A stretch of DNA of 64,000 nt, taken from positions 32,001 through 96,000 of IMG/VR virus record IMGVR_UViG_3300037067_007848; one strand, 5' to 3'. Numbering within the stretch: position 1 is the first letter of the stretch; every line of letters starts with the position of its first letter. Origin of the DNA: a virus. Taxonomy: Duplodnaviria; Caudoviricetes. Below the pieces are notes generated by a model. The model did no database searches and was not told where the DNA came from. It saw only the letters and a program-made list of their open reading frames with translations. A program made the position numbers and the translations under genes. This document shows positions 49,375-60,135 of this stretch, one piece after another.

Positions 49375-52121
49375 TATATCTGAATTGCTAGTGTATTAGT
49401 AAGATCGCCTGTAATTATTGTCTCGCGGTCCCCAGTATTAGAAACAACCAATTGATATTTATATACTTTGCCTTCTTTTGTTAATTGGGCTGTTTCGGCG
49501 GATAATAATTCAACATCTACCCTTTGAGTGGCAGTTGCAGAGGTCACAACCCCAGTTTTGGATAATATTAAAGCATTATTACAAGTGGCAATGTATAAAT
49601 TAACATCGGAAGATGTAATATCGCCGCCCGTTCCCCATGTACCTGCCTCATTAGTCCAATATAATGATCGCCCATTAGCAATTGTATAATCATCGCCCTG
49701 TATGATACCAATATCTAAATCGTCGGATACTGGTGAAATTGCGGTAACAGGCCCAGTTACAATAAGGCCAATTTTTGTTGCTATATTACTTAATTTACCA
49801 AATAACCATCCAGCAGTATTTTCGGCATATGAGGCGGGTACAGTAGTAGACCTAGGATCTCCAGCTGACCCCGCAGACAATAGAGTTTTACCTACTGTGC
49901 CAGTTGTATCGTGAATACCAACCCCAAGTGCTGAATCTAAAACGCCAGTCACCACATCATTAACAGTTAATGAGGATGATAATAAAGAAACATTGGCCAA
50001 AACCCCCGTTGAATATATTCCTGTGTAATTTGAGGCATTGACAATATATGTCTGTGCCGTTGAAATATCGGACTGTGTAGCCCATCCCGTTGGAGATGCA
50101 TACCATAATCCCGTTCCCGCCGCCGATAATTGGGTTTGTTGTTCACTGGTTAAATAATTATCTGGTAGATTTGTTGTAAATACACCCGTTGCTGTTACCC
50201 AATTTGCATCTCCATGAGCCTCGATTGTGGATAATCTGGTATAAAAATCGCCCGTTATCTCGGCAGTTGGAGAATTATACCATGTTCCTGTAGAAGCCGC
50301 GTATAATTGGGCCTGTTCGTTTGTGGATAAATAATCAACGGGAAGATTGTTAGCACTAAACGACGTTGGCAATGTTGCACCATTCCATCCCGTTATATTG
50401 ACATTTTCATCTGCTACAATACTTGGGAAAGTTATACCTGAAATACCTCCCATTGATTGATCTATTCCAAATCTAGCAATTTGTGTTACAATTCCGCCAC
50501 TTGCCTCAAATGCTGAAATTCCAGAAATTGGCCCAAAATTACCACGCACGGTTATATCTCCGCCACTACAAGACGGGTCTATTAAAACACGCCCCATCCC
50601 ATCTATTTTTGCCGCGTTAGAAGTCGCCATATTTTTAAGCATAACGGCCCCATGATAATTTCTTAAACCCAAACTTGCACCAGACTGAAAAATAAATGTT
50701 GGAACACTTCCTTCTCCAGGTATATAATCTGTAGATGTGGCGACGGTTATATCTTTACCACTTTGAATAGCAATATCATTAGTTAAAAGACATTCGTGCA
50801 AAATACATCCTGGCAACAAACACCCATTGATAACACATGATTGAAAATCGGCATCATCTAAATATCCAGTTCCAGAAATTAGAGCACAATTTTCAAATCT
50901 AGTCCCTTCAATATTTTGTTCATTTAGATTGATAATTCCTTTGCCAATAAATCTCCAATAATTATGACTATTAGTTAATGTAATATCAGAATATGGGTGT
51001 AAATAAAATCTTTTTACCCCAAGATTCGTAGCTAATGTATAAGCATCATTATAATTATTTACTGGATTGACTATTGTGCCATTTGTTCCTAATAATGTTC
51101 CACTTGCCCCATGAATCGTATCAATTGTAATACCACCTTCATATACAACGGTTAATAATTTTGTATAAACGGCATCTGCTATATCTGCCGCCGTTGCACT
51201 AGCCGTTGCAATATCAATAACACATTGATCTATATATAATCTATCTCCAATTGTCACCGATGGAGATTGAAATCCTATATTAACCAATCCTTCAGTATTT
51301 TGATGAGAGGATAAAAGTGTAAAATTATAGCTTTGGTTTATTGTGGCATTATTCATTCTGGTAACTGAATCGGATAACTGATCCCATGTCGATCCACCCC
51401 AATTGTAGGCATAAATATTACAATAACGGGCTGGTCCTGAATTAAAATGCCCACGAATTGTCACACTGTTTACCACTTGTGTATCACTAAGCCCAAACTG
51501 CAAATATGTATTTAATCCATTGCCACTTAACGCAACTAAAGATGGGGCGACAGTATAATATGCACCATTATTTAAATATGTATTGGTATAATCACCACCC
51601 ACAATTGACCCTGTAACCAAAATATTGCCAGTGGCCGTTGCCGATGACGCTACACTTGCTACGATGGTAGATTTAATAGCCGCAATATCGGCAGAAATAC
51701 TAGTTGTAGTTGGTGCCCCAATCCTAGAATAAATATCATTGACGGAAATTTGAGTTGCGGCAGTTTTTGCCAAATCGTAATCGGACGTTAAGGTTGAAAT
51801 ATTACATCCAACAATTGTTTCTGGTGCTGAAACGCGAAAAGACGTTGCGACACATTTTCCAGACACTCCACTAACCACCGCATTAACAACAACGGAATAA
51901 TATTTTCCAATGTCAAACCCATTCCCAGAAGAGGTCGTAAATGATCCGCGATAATTCCCAATCAATCCTGTTCTTTGGGTTAAAAGTCCCGTCACAATAC
52001 CAATGTCTATTCCTTCTTCAAAAATATCATAAGTTGGAGCAGAATCAGTATTAGAAATACCCCCAAGATTATTATTGGTAATTATATCAAAATATGTTTC
52101 TTCATTTAACGGAATATTCAT
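49374..52121 (-). CDS. Mosaic virion protein with C-terminal BppU-like beta domain
   Basis: 915 aa, Thr/Gly-rich; C-terminal IIQGDDY..ETAQL..YKYQL..TIITG. Confidence 0.6.
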   Translation of the reverse strand: MNIPLNEETYFDIITNNNLGGISNTDSAPTYDIFEEGIDIGIVTGLLTQRTGLIGNYRGSFTTSSGNGFDIGKYYSVVVNAVVSGVSGKCVATSFRVSAPETIVGCNISTLTSDYDLAKTAATQISVNDIYSRIGAPTTTSISADIAAIKSTIVASVASSATATGNILVTGSIVGGDYTNTYLNNGAYYTVAPSLVALSGNGLNTYLQFGLSDTQVVNSVTIRGHFNSGPARYCNIYAYNWGGSTWDQLSDSVTRMNNATINQSYNFTLLSSHQNTEGLVNIGFQSPSVTIGDRLYIDQCVIDIATASATAADIADAVYTKLLTVVYEGGITIDTIHGASGTLLGTNGTIVNPVNNYNDAYTLATNLGVKRFYLHPYSDITLTNSHNYWRFIGKGIINLNEQNIEGTRFENCALISGTGYLDDADFQSCVINGCLLPGCILHECLLTNDIAIQSGKDITVATSTDYIPGEGSVPTFIFQSGASLGLRNYHGAVMLKNMATSNAAKIDGMGRVLIDPSCSGGDITVRGNFGPISGISAFEASGGIVTQIARFGIDQSMGGISGITFPSIVADENVNITGWNGATLPTSFSANNLPVDYLSTNEQAQLYAASTGTWYNSPTAEITGDFYTRLSTIEAHGDANWVTATGVFTTNLPDNYLTSEQQTQLSAAGTGLWYASPTGWATQSDISTAQTYIVNASNYTGIYSTGVLANVSLLSSSLTVNDVVTGVLDSALGVGIHDTTGTVGKTLLSAGSAGDPRSTTVPASYAENTAGWLFGKLSNIATKIGLIVTGPVTAISPVSDDLDIGIIQGDDYTIANGRSLYWTNEAGTWGTGGDITSSDVNLYIATCNNALILSKTGVVTSATATQRVDVELLSAETAQLTKEGKVYKYQLVVSNTGDRETIITGDLTNTLAIQI

Positions 52122-52972
52122 TATATAACACCCCTAACAATATTAGAGTTTTTTTTCGTATTAAAAATTGCACTTTGAAAAATAGAATATTTTTTTATAT
52201 TTATAATGGGAAAATATTTCCTTTTTGGAGATAATATTAAATTATTTAACATTGGATCAAAAGGATTGGACAACGATTTAATTTCTTCTAATAATAAAAC
52301 TCTATTAAAAACCATACAATCTGCTATATAACAATTGCTATAAATTGGATCGGTAGATTTCCCAGAAAAAAATGTTGTACCTTGATATGTCATATCTGAC
52401 GGAACAATTGTATTAGAAGATAATGTTTCAGAAGTCCCATCGACAAATAATCGAAATGGATTTGTTAATGTTGCGTCATATGTTGCCACAAGATGATGAT
52501 AATGACCATCATATATTGATGTTGTCCCTACAGCATAACGAGCACTTGGACCTGAAGCTACTTGTAATTTACCATTAGATGAATATCCATAAAGCACAAA
52601 CCCATAATAAGGATTAGTAGTTGAACGTCCATCATAAGCAAAACAATAATATCCACTAGTACACTTCATAAAAATAGAAATTGTAAATTTAGATAATCCG
52701 AATGTCTTGTTTATTGCACTTATATAATCATTTGCTCCGTCGAAATTTAAAATCCATCTATTTATTTCTGGATTAAAGCTCCATTTATCAATTGGAGTAT
52801 CATTTGCTGTTGTAAATCCAAATAAATTGCCATTTTGACAAAATATTGACGAATCATTATAAATATCAGACACAGGATAATTTCCCAAACCAGCAAATAG
52901 AATATCCTTATATAAAAAATGATTTTTATTCAATCTAAAACTATATGGGCGACTTAAAATTTTCTTCTTCAT
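52121..52972 (-). CDS. LamG/concanavalin A-like domain protein
   Basis: LNFDGANDYI, FTISIF, HHLVATYD, LFVDG, IADCMVFNRVL..EI. Confidence 0.85.
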   Translation of the reverse strand: MKKKILSRPYSFRLNKNHFLYKDILFAGLGNYPVSDIYNDSSIFCQNGNLFGFTTANDTPIDKWSFNPEINRWILNFDGANDYISAINKTFGLSKFTISIFMKCTSGYYCFAYDGRSTTNPYYGFVLYGYSSNGKLQVASGPSARYAVGTTSIYDGHYHHLVATYDATLTNPFRLFVDGTSETLSSNTIVPSDMTYQGTTFFSGKSTDPIYSNCYIADCMVFNRVLLLEEIKSLSNPFDPMLNNLILSPKRKYFPIINIKKYSIFQSAIFNTKKNSNIVRGVI

Positions 52973-53442
52973 TATCCAATAATCTCGCCATGTCGCCCAT
53001 AAACTAATGTTGTTAATAATACACCCGAGGCACTTTTTGTTGTTCCATTATAATGTTCAACACGATATTTATAAGGAAGAACAGGAACATCTTTAATTGT
53101 CCATTTTTGTACGCCCGTACTCGCTAATACACCATGACTATCCACCAACGCATTTGCATTTGGGGCTGGACTTGCTGCCGCCGCCCCAGTATTTGTGCCT
53201 GGAATTCCATCTTCATAGTTAGTCCCATTCATGGCGTATAAAATATAAGTATTAACTGGTGCCCCAGCCACTGGTGTTAATGCTAGGGCCAATTGAATGT
53301 CAATATCTATGGTTTCATCTCGGTAAACTGAATTGTCAGTTTCCGCTCCGGCAAAATGACATAGGGTATTTAATATTTGCCCGGTCACACTGGCTGACTC
53401 CCTAAAAGTTCCTGTCGAAGATTGCGTATAATAAGTCGTCAT
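52972..53442 (-). CDS. Virion-associated hypothetical protein
   Basis: 156-aa beta-rich ORF (DGTNYED-like motif). Confidence 0.65.
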   Translation of the reverse strand: MTTYYTQSSTGTFRESASVTGQILNTLCHFAGAETDNSVYRDETIDIDIQLALALTPVAGAPVNTYILYAMNGTNYEDGIPGTNTGAAAASPAPNANALVDSHGVLASTGVQKWTIKDVPVLPYKYRVEHYNGTTKSASGVLLTTLVYGRHGEIIG

Positions 53443-53913
53443 CTATATATTCTCCGTTGATTGCTGTCGTGCTGTAATAATTTGGCCTGGAGAAACAAAT
53501 CCATATTTGCTAGTCGCTATTGGTTGAAACGAATTAGTATAATTTTGTATTTTTTCGACCATCCCAGTCGGTCCATTGGCCGTACATAGCCCACTTACAA
53601 ATGATAAAAATGTCGGTGATGTTAAATCTAATCCGCCTCCACGCCCATAGTCATCTCCTGGAATTTTTAACATATCTACCATATCACTTATTAAATAGCC
53701 CGTTTCGCCCGTTACTAAATTCTCAATAATTCCCCTTAATGCGTTATATTCATCTTCAGTTGAAATTTTGGCTAATGTGCGATATGACCCAAAAACACTT
53801 TTGGGGTTTTCAACCATTATATTATTAATAAATATTGCGGCTTCATCGGCAGATAATTCTGATAAAGCGTCTAATTCTGATTCAAATCCAAAATTTGTGT
53901 TGTAAATAGCCAT
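53443..53913 (-). CDS. Hypothetical protein
   Basis: 156-aa ORF with AGGAG SD. Confidence 0.65.
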   Translation of the reverse strand: MAIYNTNFGFESELDALSELSADEAAIFINNIMVENPKSVFGSYRTLAKISTEDEYNALRGIIENLVTGETGYLISDMVDMLKIPGDDYGRGGGLDLTSPTFLSFVSGLCTANGPTGMVEKIQNYTNSFQPIATSKYGFVSPGQIITARQQSTENI

Positions 53914-53942
53914 ATAATCTCCTATATATTATACACCTTTTA

Positions 53943-54977
53943 TTAAATTACATATAAATAAGATATTACAACTGCACCCCCGGGATATTCAGTTTGATTG
54001 ATGTATACTCCAGTTGGATATTCAGTATTTGCCGACACTTCGTTTTCTTGTCTATAAAATTGTGTTAATGTATCATTGGATGAAATATACCAACTTCCCG
54101 TATCATCTGGATGAATAAAGCAATTTTGATTGGTATAAATATATCGTGGGAATTGTGAAACAGAATAGTTTGAATCGCCCGAATAATGATAACCGCCCAA
54201 AAATTCACCTGAAAAATCACCAGTTACAACATAAAATGACGATAATAATTTTGATTTACCACAATAGGTTCGGGGATAATTTTTGAATATATTAGGATTT
54301 TTTGATATTATTTTTATTTCATTAATATTTAAATCACGGTGCCAAATGCTAACATTTCTAATCCCTTGAACACTATCTTGCATATAATAATAATCAGTTG
54401 CTCCTGCGTCAGTTTGTCTACATCTCCCAATAGTTAAATTCCCTGAATATGTAATAACTTCATCTGCTTCGTATCCAACATATAAATATATAGCATCTAT
54501 CTTATGGTCTGGTTTTTGATCGGTAGTTACTCCTCCTCCATATGTTAAATATAATCCAGTAATATTATTAAAAGTTATTGTAGTAGGGCGACTTGCATCA
54601 TCCCATATATTAAACCAAAACATTTGTTCTTGTGCCGATAAGATTCCAGTCATATTTACAACATGTGTTGTCCCAGAAATTGACCCACTCCAAAATGGAG
54701 TTAAATAACCAGGAAATGAAGCCGATGTTGTATTATCGGCATATCCCTCAATTCCTATATACAATTCTTTAATAGTATATCCGCTTGACCAAATAGGCAA
54801 AATACTTCCCGTTGGCAACCAACGAGTAGCATTTTGATAGTCATCATATACAAACCAAGTACCATAAGTATTATCTATATTATCATATGTTCCAGACCCG
54901 AACTTCCAATTAGTCCCAGACCAATATTGATATGTCGTTCCGTTATACAATCCTGATGGAAATGTTTGTCCAGCCAT
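53943..54977 (-). CDS. Chimeric virion protein containing the C-terminal part of a LamG domain
   Basis: LTIGR...GIRNVSIWHRDLNINEI after an unrelated N-terminal beta domain. Confidence 0.6.
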   Translation of the reverse strand: MAGQTFPSGLYNGTTYQYWSGTNWKFGSGTYDNIDNTYGTWFVYDDYQNATRWLPTGSILPIWSSGYTIKELYIGIEGYADNTTSASFPGYLTPFWSGSISGTTHVVNMTGILSAQEQMFWFNIWDDASRPTTITFNNITGLYLTYGGGVTTDQKPDHKIDAIYLYVGYEADEVITYSGNLTIGRCRQTDAGATDYYYMQDSVQGIRNVSIWHRDLNINEIKIISKNPNIFKNYPRTYCGKSKLLSSFYVVTGDFSGEFLGGYHYSGDSNYSVSQFPRYIYTNQNCFIHPDDTGSWYISSNDTLTQFYRQENEVSANTEYPTGVYINQTEYPGGAVVISYLYVI

Positions 54978-54988
54978 GTGAATATTCC

Positions 54989-55786
54989 TTATTTAAGTCC
55001 TATTGTTGTTTGTGCAAAATTATCTGTTTCTTCCATCAAATCTAATAATTCTTGTCTTTTTTGATTTAATAATTCGACATTTCCAATTTCTAAATATTTC
55101 ATTAATTGCATTATTTGTTGGTGTGCCCCGCCGTAACAATTGGTATAAAATGCACATAATTTACATTGTTCGGCCTTATTACTGATTAATTTTCCATCTT
55201 TAACTATTTGTGGTGGAATATAATAATCACGATATGCCTTTGCAAAAATCCAATTACAAAGTGGATATTTCATTGTATTGGTAAAACAACCTTTGGAAAT
55301 AACATTTATTAAACCTTTTCTTTGAATTACATCGGTAAAATCAGTATTAATTATGGCAGTTTTCATTGCTACCCATCGTTCATAGGCTCCGTATTGATCT
55401 TCATATGGGATTTCTTCACGCCATTGAGCCGTAATATTAGTTATATTGGTTATGTTAGTTTCATTAAATGTGGGTGTTGATAATGTCAATGAAAATAAAT
55501 TGTTTTTTAAAATATAATTATAAAGTTGAAATCTAAATTTTGCATATTTTTCACAATCTTTATCGAAATATGGCGTTCTATCTAATTTTTTAGGCGTTTC
55601 AAAAATAAATAAATGGGGTTGTAATGGATAATCTAATTCAACGCATACATCGGTATATCCTTCGTGGTAATATGTAAGATAGGTAGAAACAATTTCCTTA
55701 AATCGGTCCAACGAAAAAGTTCTATGATATCCCTTATAATAAATAACCACGTTATTATCATTGTGTTCTATTGTAATATTATACAT
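54989..55786 (-). CDS. Hypothetical protein with CxxCx5CxGG (SPASM-like) motif
   Basis: EQCKLCAFYTNCYGG. Confidence 0.6.
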   Translation of the reverse strand: MYNITIEHNDNNVVIYYKGYHRTFSLDRFKEIVSTYLTYYHEGYTDVCVELDYPLQPHLFIFETPKKLDRTPYFDKDCEKYAKFRFQLYNYILKNNLFSLTLSTPTFNETNITNITNITAQWREEIPYEDQYGAYERWVAMKTAIINTDFTDVIQRKGLINVISKGCFTNTMKYPLCNWIFAKAYRDYYIPPQIVKDGKLISNKAEQCKLCAFYTNCYGGAHQQIMQLMKYLEIGNVELLNQKRQELLDLMEETDNFAQTTIGLK

Positions 55787-57794
55787 TTTTTAATACATTT
55801 ATATTAAAAGTATTTGTTTCAGTAATTGATTGTTTAATACCATCTACATACATTTCTATACTATTGCCGCCGTTATACACAACCATTAAAATATGTGGTG
55901 TTGGTTGTCCCCTTCCACAACTATAATATGGTGTCGTCCCAACGGCCCGATAGGATAATGTATATATATTAGTTGTTATATTATGACTATATGTTTCAAA
56001 AACTGGGCAGGCATGTGCCCCCGTTCTTTCGTCATACGTCGAATCATCTTCACTATCTATACCAAGCCCTAAAAATAATGTATTTGTACATAAAATAGGT
56101 GAGGTCCATAAAGCAACAGCCCCAATACCAGATGGCGTTAATCCTGGTGTTGAGAAAATATCATGATTAATAAATTCCGCCATAATTGTAAAATTTGTAG
56201 AAAAATAATTAAAATTATCTGTATTAAAATCTACATAATTATTTCCACCAAACCCATAGTAAGAATCGCCCTCACCCATTAAATATGGGGTATTATGTAT
56301 ATAATTCCAATAGGGCGAATCATTAGGTATAACACCATTTGTATCGTCGAATGAGCCATCACGATAATTTATTTTATTAATAACTCCAGATATATTGATT
56401 TCGTTAAAATCCCAAAATCCAACACATTTATTTAGTAGTGGACTTTTTATATCATACTGAACACTTGGGTTTAATTGTAATTTTTCCCGACGATTATATC
56501 TAGGCGTTAATTTTTTATTAAAAACAGTAGCATTAGAATAGAGAATAGGACTTAATTGTTGATATTCTATATTTTGACGTAAAAAAGATAAAATATTTTG
56601 AATGTTATCAATTGAAATTATATTTTCTTTATTAGTTTTTACTAATGTTTCGGTTGGAACCTCAATGTTTTTAATGGTAGCTAATAATGTATCCAATACC
56701 ACCGTTTTATTAATTGATAAATCACGCGTTGTAACCAAATTAATAACTTTGTTTAAGGCTACACTGACCGTTTGTTCCAATGTTAATGTATCAACAATTT
56801 TATATCCATTGGCCCATGAAAGATTTAAGATATAATTAGCAACAATTTCTTTCAAGGTTGCCCAATGTTCAACATTTATTTTTTTAACAGTATATTTATT
56901 AGTGAGTTTTTCAAAAGAAAGAATAAAATTGGCTTTAATGGGATATACTGGAGTTTCCACCCAATCAATATTAATATCTGAATTATTAGCGTCTGTCTTT
57001 AGATAATCTATAACAGCATCTAAATTAGAAATAATTGGGTTATTTTGCAGCCAATCTATTACAATGGGTTGTTCTATGGACACCAAATGAGGGGTTCTTA
57101 AATAATCAATATCAAGATTGGTTTGCCCAGTTTTACTTTCTAAATTAGCAATCGGCATTACCTGTTGGGTTACAATATTTTCCCATTCTTTTTTATATTC
57201 AATAGGGATATCTTTATTGGTGTTGGTTTCGGCCACCCAAAAGATAGGCATAGTTTTTTCTATAGAAAATGCCGTAAATCCTAATTCTATATTTAATGCT
57301 TTGGCAATAGCTTTTCGATTCAAATAACTAATATTGGCAATGGTATTACTAAATAATTTACCTAAATAATCCATTGTTAAAGTTTTATCTATTTTAACAG
57401 TAGAAATATGTTCAACATTAATAGCGGAGTCAAACAAAACATTTAATATAGAAGAAATAGGAATTCCCGTTTCTTTCCAAATACTGATTAAAATCTCAAT
57501 ATTAAAGATGGTATCGGCCCGTATTCCACTGGTAATCCATGGTAGTGGGCCATCGGGATCGTCAGGTTCGTTTCCATTATATATATCCTCAGCCGTTATC
57601 CCAAATAAATCCATTATGCCCAAAATAATTGACGAATTAAGGGCATCTGGCGTAATATAATAAACAGTATCTCCAGTTTCAGGATCGGTTGTTACACCTT
57701 CGTATGAATATCCAAGTTCTTCTTCAATTAATGCTACATTTTCCAAGATAATTTGCGATATTATCCAGTCTAATGTAGTTCCAGTCCAGGCCAT
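55779..57794 (-). CDS. Virion fibre-like protein ending in the N-terminal part of a LamG domain
   Basis: Central ~20-aa periodic I(D/E)(W/Y) repeats; VGFWDFNE, FTIMAEF, HILMVVYN, MYVDG then stop. Confidence 0.65.
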   Translation of the reverse strand: MAWTGTTLDWIISQIILENVALIEEELGYSYEGVTTDPETGDTVYYITPDALNSSIILGIMDLFGITAEDIYNGNEPDDPDGPLPWITSGIRADTIFNIEILISIWKETGIPISSILNVLFDSAINVEHISTVKIDKTLTMDYLGKLFSNTIANISYLNRKAIAKALNIELGFTAFSIEKTMPIFWVAETNTNKDIPIEYKKEWENIVTQQVMPIANLESKTGQTNLDIDYLRTPHLVSIEQPIVIDWLQNNPIISNLDAVIDYLKTDANNSDINIDWVETPVYPIKANFILSFEKLTNKYTVKKINVEHWATLKEIVANYILNLSWANGYKIVDTLTLEQTVSVALNKVINLVTTRDLSINKTVVLDTLLATIKNIEVPTETLVKTNKENIISIDNIQNILSFLRQNIEYQQLSPILYSNATVFNKKLTPRYNRREKLQLNPSVQYDIKSPLLNKCVGFWDFNEINISGVINKINYRDGSFDDTNGVIPNDSPYWNYIHNTPYLMGEGDSYYGFGGNNYVDFNTDNFNYFSTNFTIMAEFINHDIFSTPGLTPSGIGAVALWTSPILCTNTLFLGLGIDSEDDSTYDERTGAHACPVFETYSHNITTNIYTLSYRAVGTTPYYSCGRGQPTPHILMVVYNGGNSIEMYVDGIKQSITETNTFNINVLKNV

Positions 57795-57797
57795 TAT

Positions 57798-58841
57798 TTA
57801 CACCTCAAAAACTTGAAATTGATTAAACGTTGTATAGGAATAGGTATTTTGCACAAATCCACCATCTACACCACCACCTTCGTGATTTACTCCCACTAAT
57901 TTATTCATACTTCCCAAGGCTAAAATACATTCATTACACACATAAATATTAATTAATTCGCCCTTTGTATTACTGCGATATTGGCATGAGGCGGGTGTAT
58001 AAACACCTAGTTCGGTCATTGACATATTATCACCACTTACACTAGTTACGGTAATATCAGTGTTAATTTGGATGGGTGATTGTGGCTTTCTACAATAGGG
58101 CATTTTACTACCATATGACGGAACTATTTCTTGGTTAATATTTCCTCTTACAACTATTTTATTGATATGTAATGTTGGACCTGGAATACCATTTGACAAC
58201 ATACCAGGAATTGATAAAGGAAGAATGGTTTTAGCGGGGGCAGTTCCGCCATTTATCCAATGTTGGCGTCTTGCAACCCACCCATTATATGGGGAATTAA
58301 CGCCAGCAAATTGCCCGTCAAATGATAGTCCCGCAATATATGCCTTGTCTACCGCATTAACTATCCGCGAATCTTTTTGCCATCCCTTATTATGCCCAAT
58401 ATATGAAAGCGATTCGCTAAAATAGCCATTGGAATCAAATGTATATTCAAACGATGTCATATACATGCCCGTGCATTGTAAAATATTAGTTGGTGTGCCA
58501 TTTGCCGAACTTTGAGAATCATCAAAAACGGCAAGGGCAAATGCACATGGGTGTTGAGAACATTCTATTATGACTGGGGATAGTGTATCACTTGTCGATA
58601 AGGTATATAAAAGAGGATAGCCATCCAGCACACGCCTTACGGTCAATGTTACTTCTTGGCTATCCTCTGTAGATAGATAAATTGGGGCTTCCCCCAAAGT
58701 GTTTATTGCATTTTGCCCAAATTGCCCATTTACACCCACACTTTGAACACCGTGCAATGCAGTAAAAGCAAGCCCGCTACCTGTGGCAAGTTCCGTTCTT
58801 ACGCCGACCTGTTGTATAGCATAATTTATTCGGAATCCCAT
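57798..58841 (-). CDS. Tail tube-like protein, paralogue 2
   Basis: RINYAIQQV, HGVQSVG, LDGY, YSYTTFN; colinear with 58906-60081. Confidence 0.65.
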   Translation of the reverse strand: MGFRINYAIQQVGVRTELATGSGLAFTALHGVQSVGVNGQFGQNAINTLGEAPIYLSTEDSQEVTLTVRRVLDGYPLLYTLSTSDTLSPVIIECSQHPCAFALAVFDDSQSSANGTPTNILQCTGMYMTSFEYTFDSNGYFSESLSYIGHNKGWQKDSRIVNAVDKAYIAGLSFDGQFAGVNSPYNGWVARRQHWINGGTAPAKTILPLSIPGMLSNGIPGPTLHINKIVVRGNINQEIVPSYGSKMPYCRKPQSPIQINTDITVTSVSGDNMSMTELGVYTPASCQYRSNTKGELINIYVCNECILALGSMNKLVGVNHEGGGVDGGFVQNTYSYTTFNQFQVFEV

Positions 58842-58905
58842 TCACATTATTTTCCTTATTAAAATTGGGCGTTACTTGCCAAGTGGGCTATCGCTTCCCC
58901 CAATG

Positions 58906-60081
58906 CTAATTTAATAGCCATGCTGATCCCGTGGCCCAAAGTGTATTAGTCGTGGCCAATGCCTCGGCTGACAAACTTGGTTCACCAGAATGCATAACTG
59001 TAAGATCATTAAACGTCCTATATGTATACGAAACGGTCGCCTGCCCACCACCAGTATCCCCATTTCCAAAATTAGAAGAGGCCATTTTATTTTTAAGACC
59101 ACAATATACTCGAAGCCCCTCGCATGTTGCAATACGAATGGTACGGTCACTTAAATTACCCGAATCCGACCCACATCCACCTGCGGCATTACTCAAAATA
59201 CCACCTTGGGTAACAGATGTAAAATCACCACTAGTTGCGGTAATACTGATTTCGGTTGTAACTTCAACAGGTGGTTTGAAAGCCCTAAAATATGGGGCTT
59301 TTCGTCCAAGTTCTGTTAGATTTTCACGATTAAGATTAGCACTTACACTTATACTATCTAAGTGTGCACGATATGAACTATTAAGATCATTGGTCCCGCT
59401 TACACCAATACCAGCAATATCTTGTGGTAAAATTGTGCAATCTGGATCAAGCAATGAACCGTTTGCATCGGCAGTTGTTACACTAGCCGCAGGAGACAAT
59501 GCTAAATGTTGCCTACGATTTACGCCTCCCACACCTATTGGCCCGTCATTTCCATTAAAATATCCTGTAATACCAATGCTACTGGCCCAGGCACTATCAG
59601 TAGTGTTTAATATACGACTATCGCCCTTCCAAACTCTATCATTACCAACCAGAGAAACTTCTTCTGTAAAATTACCATTGTTGGGGAAATTATATCGAAC
59701 GCTCGAAACGACCAAACCTGACGCCTCGGCCTGTGCCAATGGAGTTCCTTGAGACGACGTTAAAGATTCACTATAAACAGATAAATTGGCCACGCATTTT
59801 TGATTAGCACGATCAGAAAGTGTGGGTGTTGTTGCTCGCATTGTAGCCAAGCAATAAACAGGTACATAACCATCTAGGAATTTATTAATAGTCATTTGTA
59901 CATCGGGCAATTCCTCAATATTTTCATACAAAGATATTTGCCCAAGCTCATAAGCCTGACTTAAATTAAACGAGGTGTTAGATGCAACACTTTGTACACC
60001 GTGAACGGGGAAATAGGTGCTTCCACCATCGCACTTCATTGCAACTTGCTGTAAAGAATAAATAATTCTATTGTTTGGCAT
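58906..60081 (-). CDS. Major tail tube-like protein, paralogue 1
   Basis: NRIIYSLQQV, HGVQSV, ELGQ, ELGRKAPY, YTYRTFN; strong AGGAG SD; follows the neck genes. Confidence 0.7.
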   Translation of the reverse strand: MPNNRIIYSLQQVAMKCDGGSTYFPVHGVQSVASNTSFNLSQAYELGQISLYENIEELPDVQMTINKFLDGYVPVYCLATMRATTPTLSDRANQKCVANLSVYSESLTSSQGTPLAQAEASGLVVSSVRYNFPNNGNFTEEVSLVGNDRVWKGDSRILNTTDSAWASSIGITGYFNGNDGPIGVGGVNRRQHLALSPAASVTTADANGSLLDPDCTILPQDIAGIGVSGTNDLNSSYRAHLDSISVSANLNRENLTELGRKAPYFRAFKPPVEVTTEISITATSGDFTSVTQGGILSNAAGGCGSDSGNLSDRTIRIATCEGLRVYCGLKNKMASSNFGNGDTGGGQATVSYTYRTFNDLTVMHSGEPSLSAEALATTNTLWATGSAWLLN

Positions 60082-60135
60082 TATTTTTATCTCCTGTTTA
60101 TATATTATCTACTAATATTAAATACACCATTATAT

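Noticed and set aside
58931-59752. 273-aa antisense ORF over the tail tube gene, and the many other short opposite-strand or nested ORFs in the track
   Set aside because: These are shadows of real genes on the other strand or frame, with no SD or motifs, and they conflict with the strict strand organisation.
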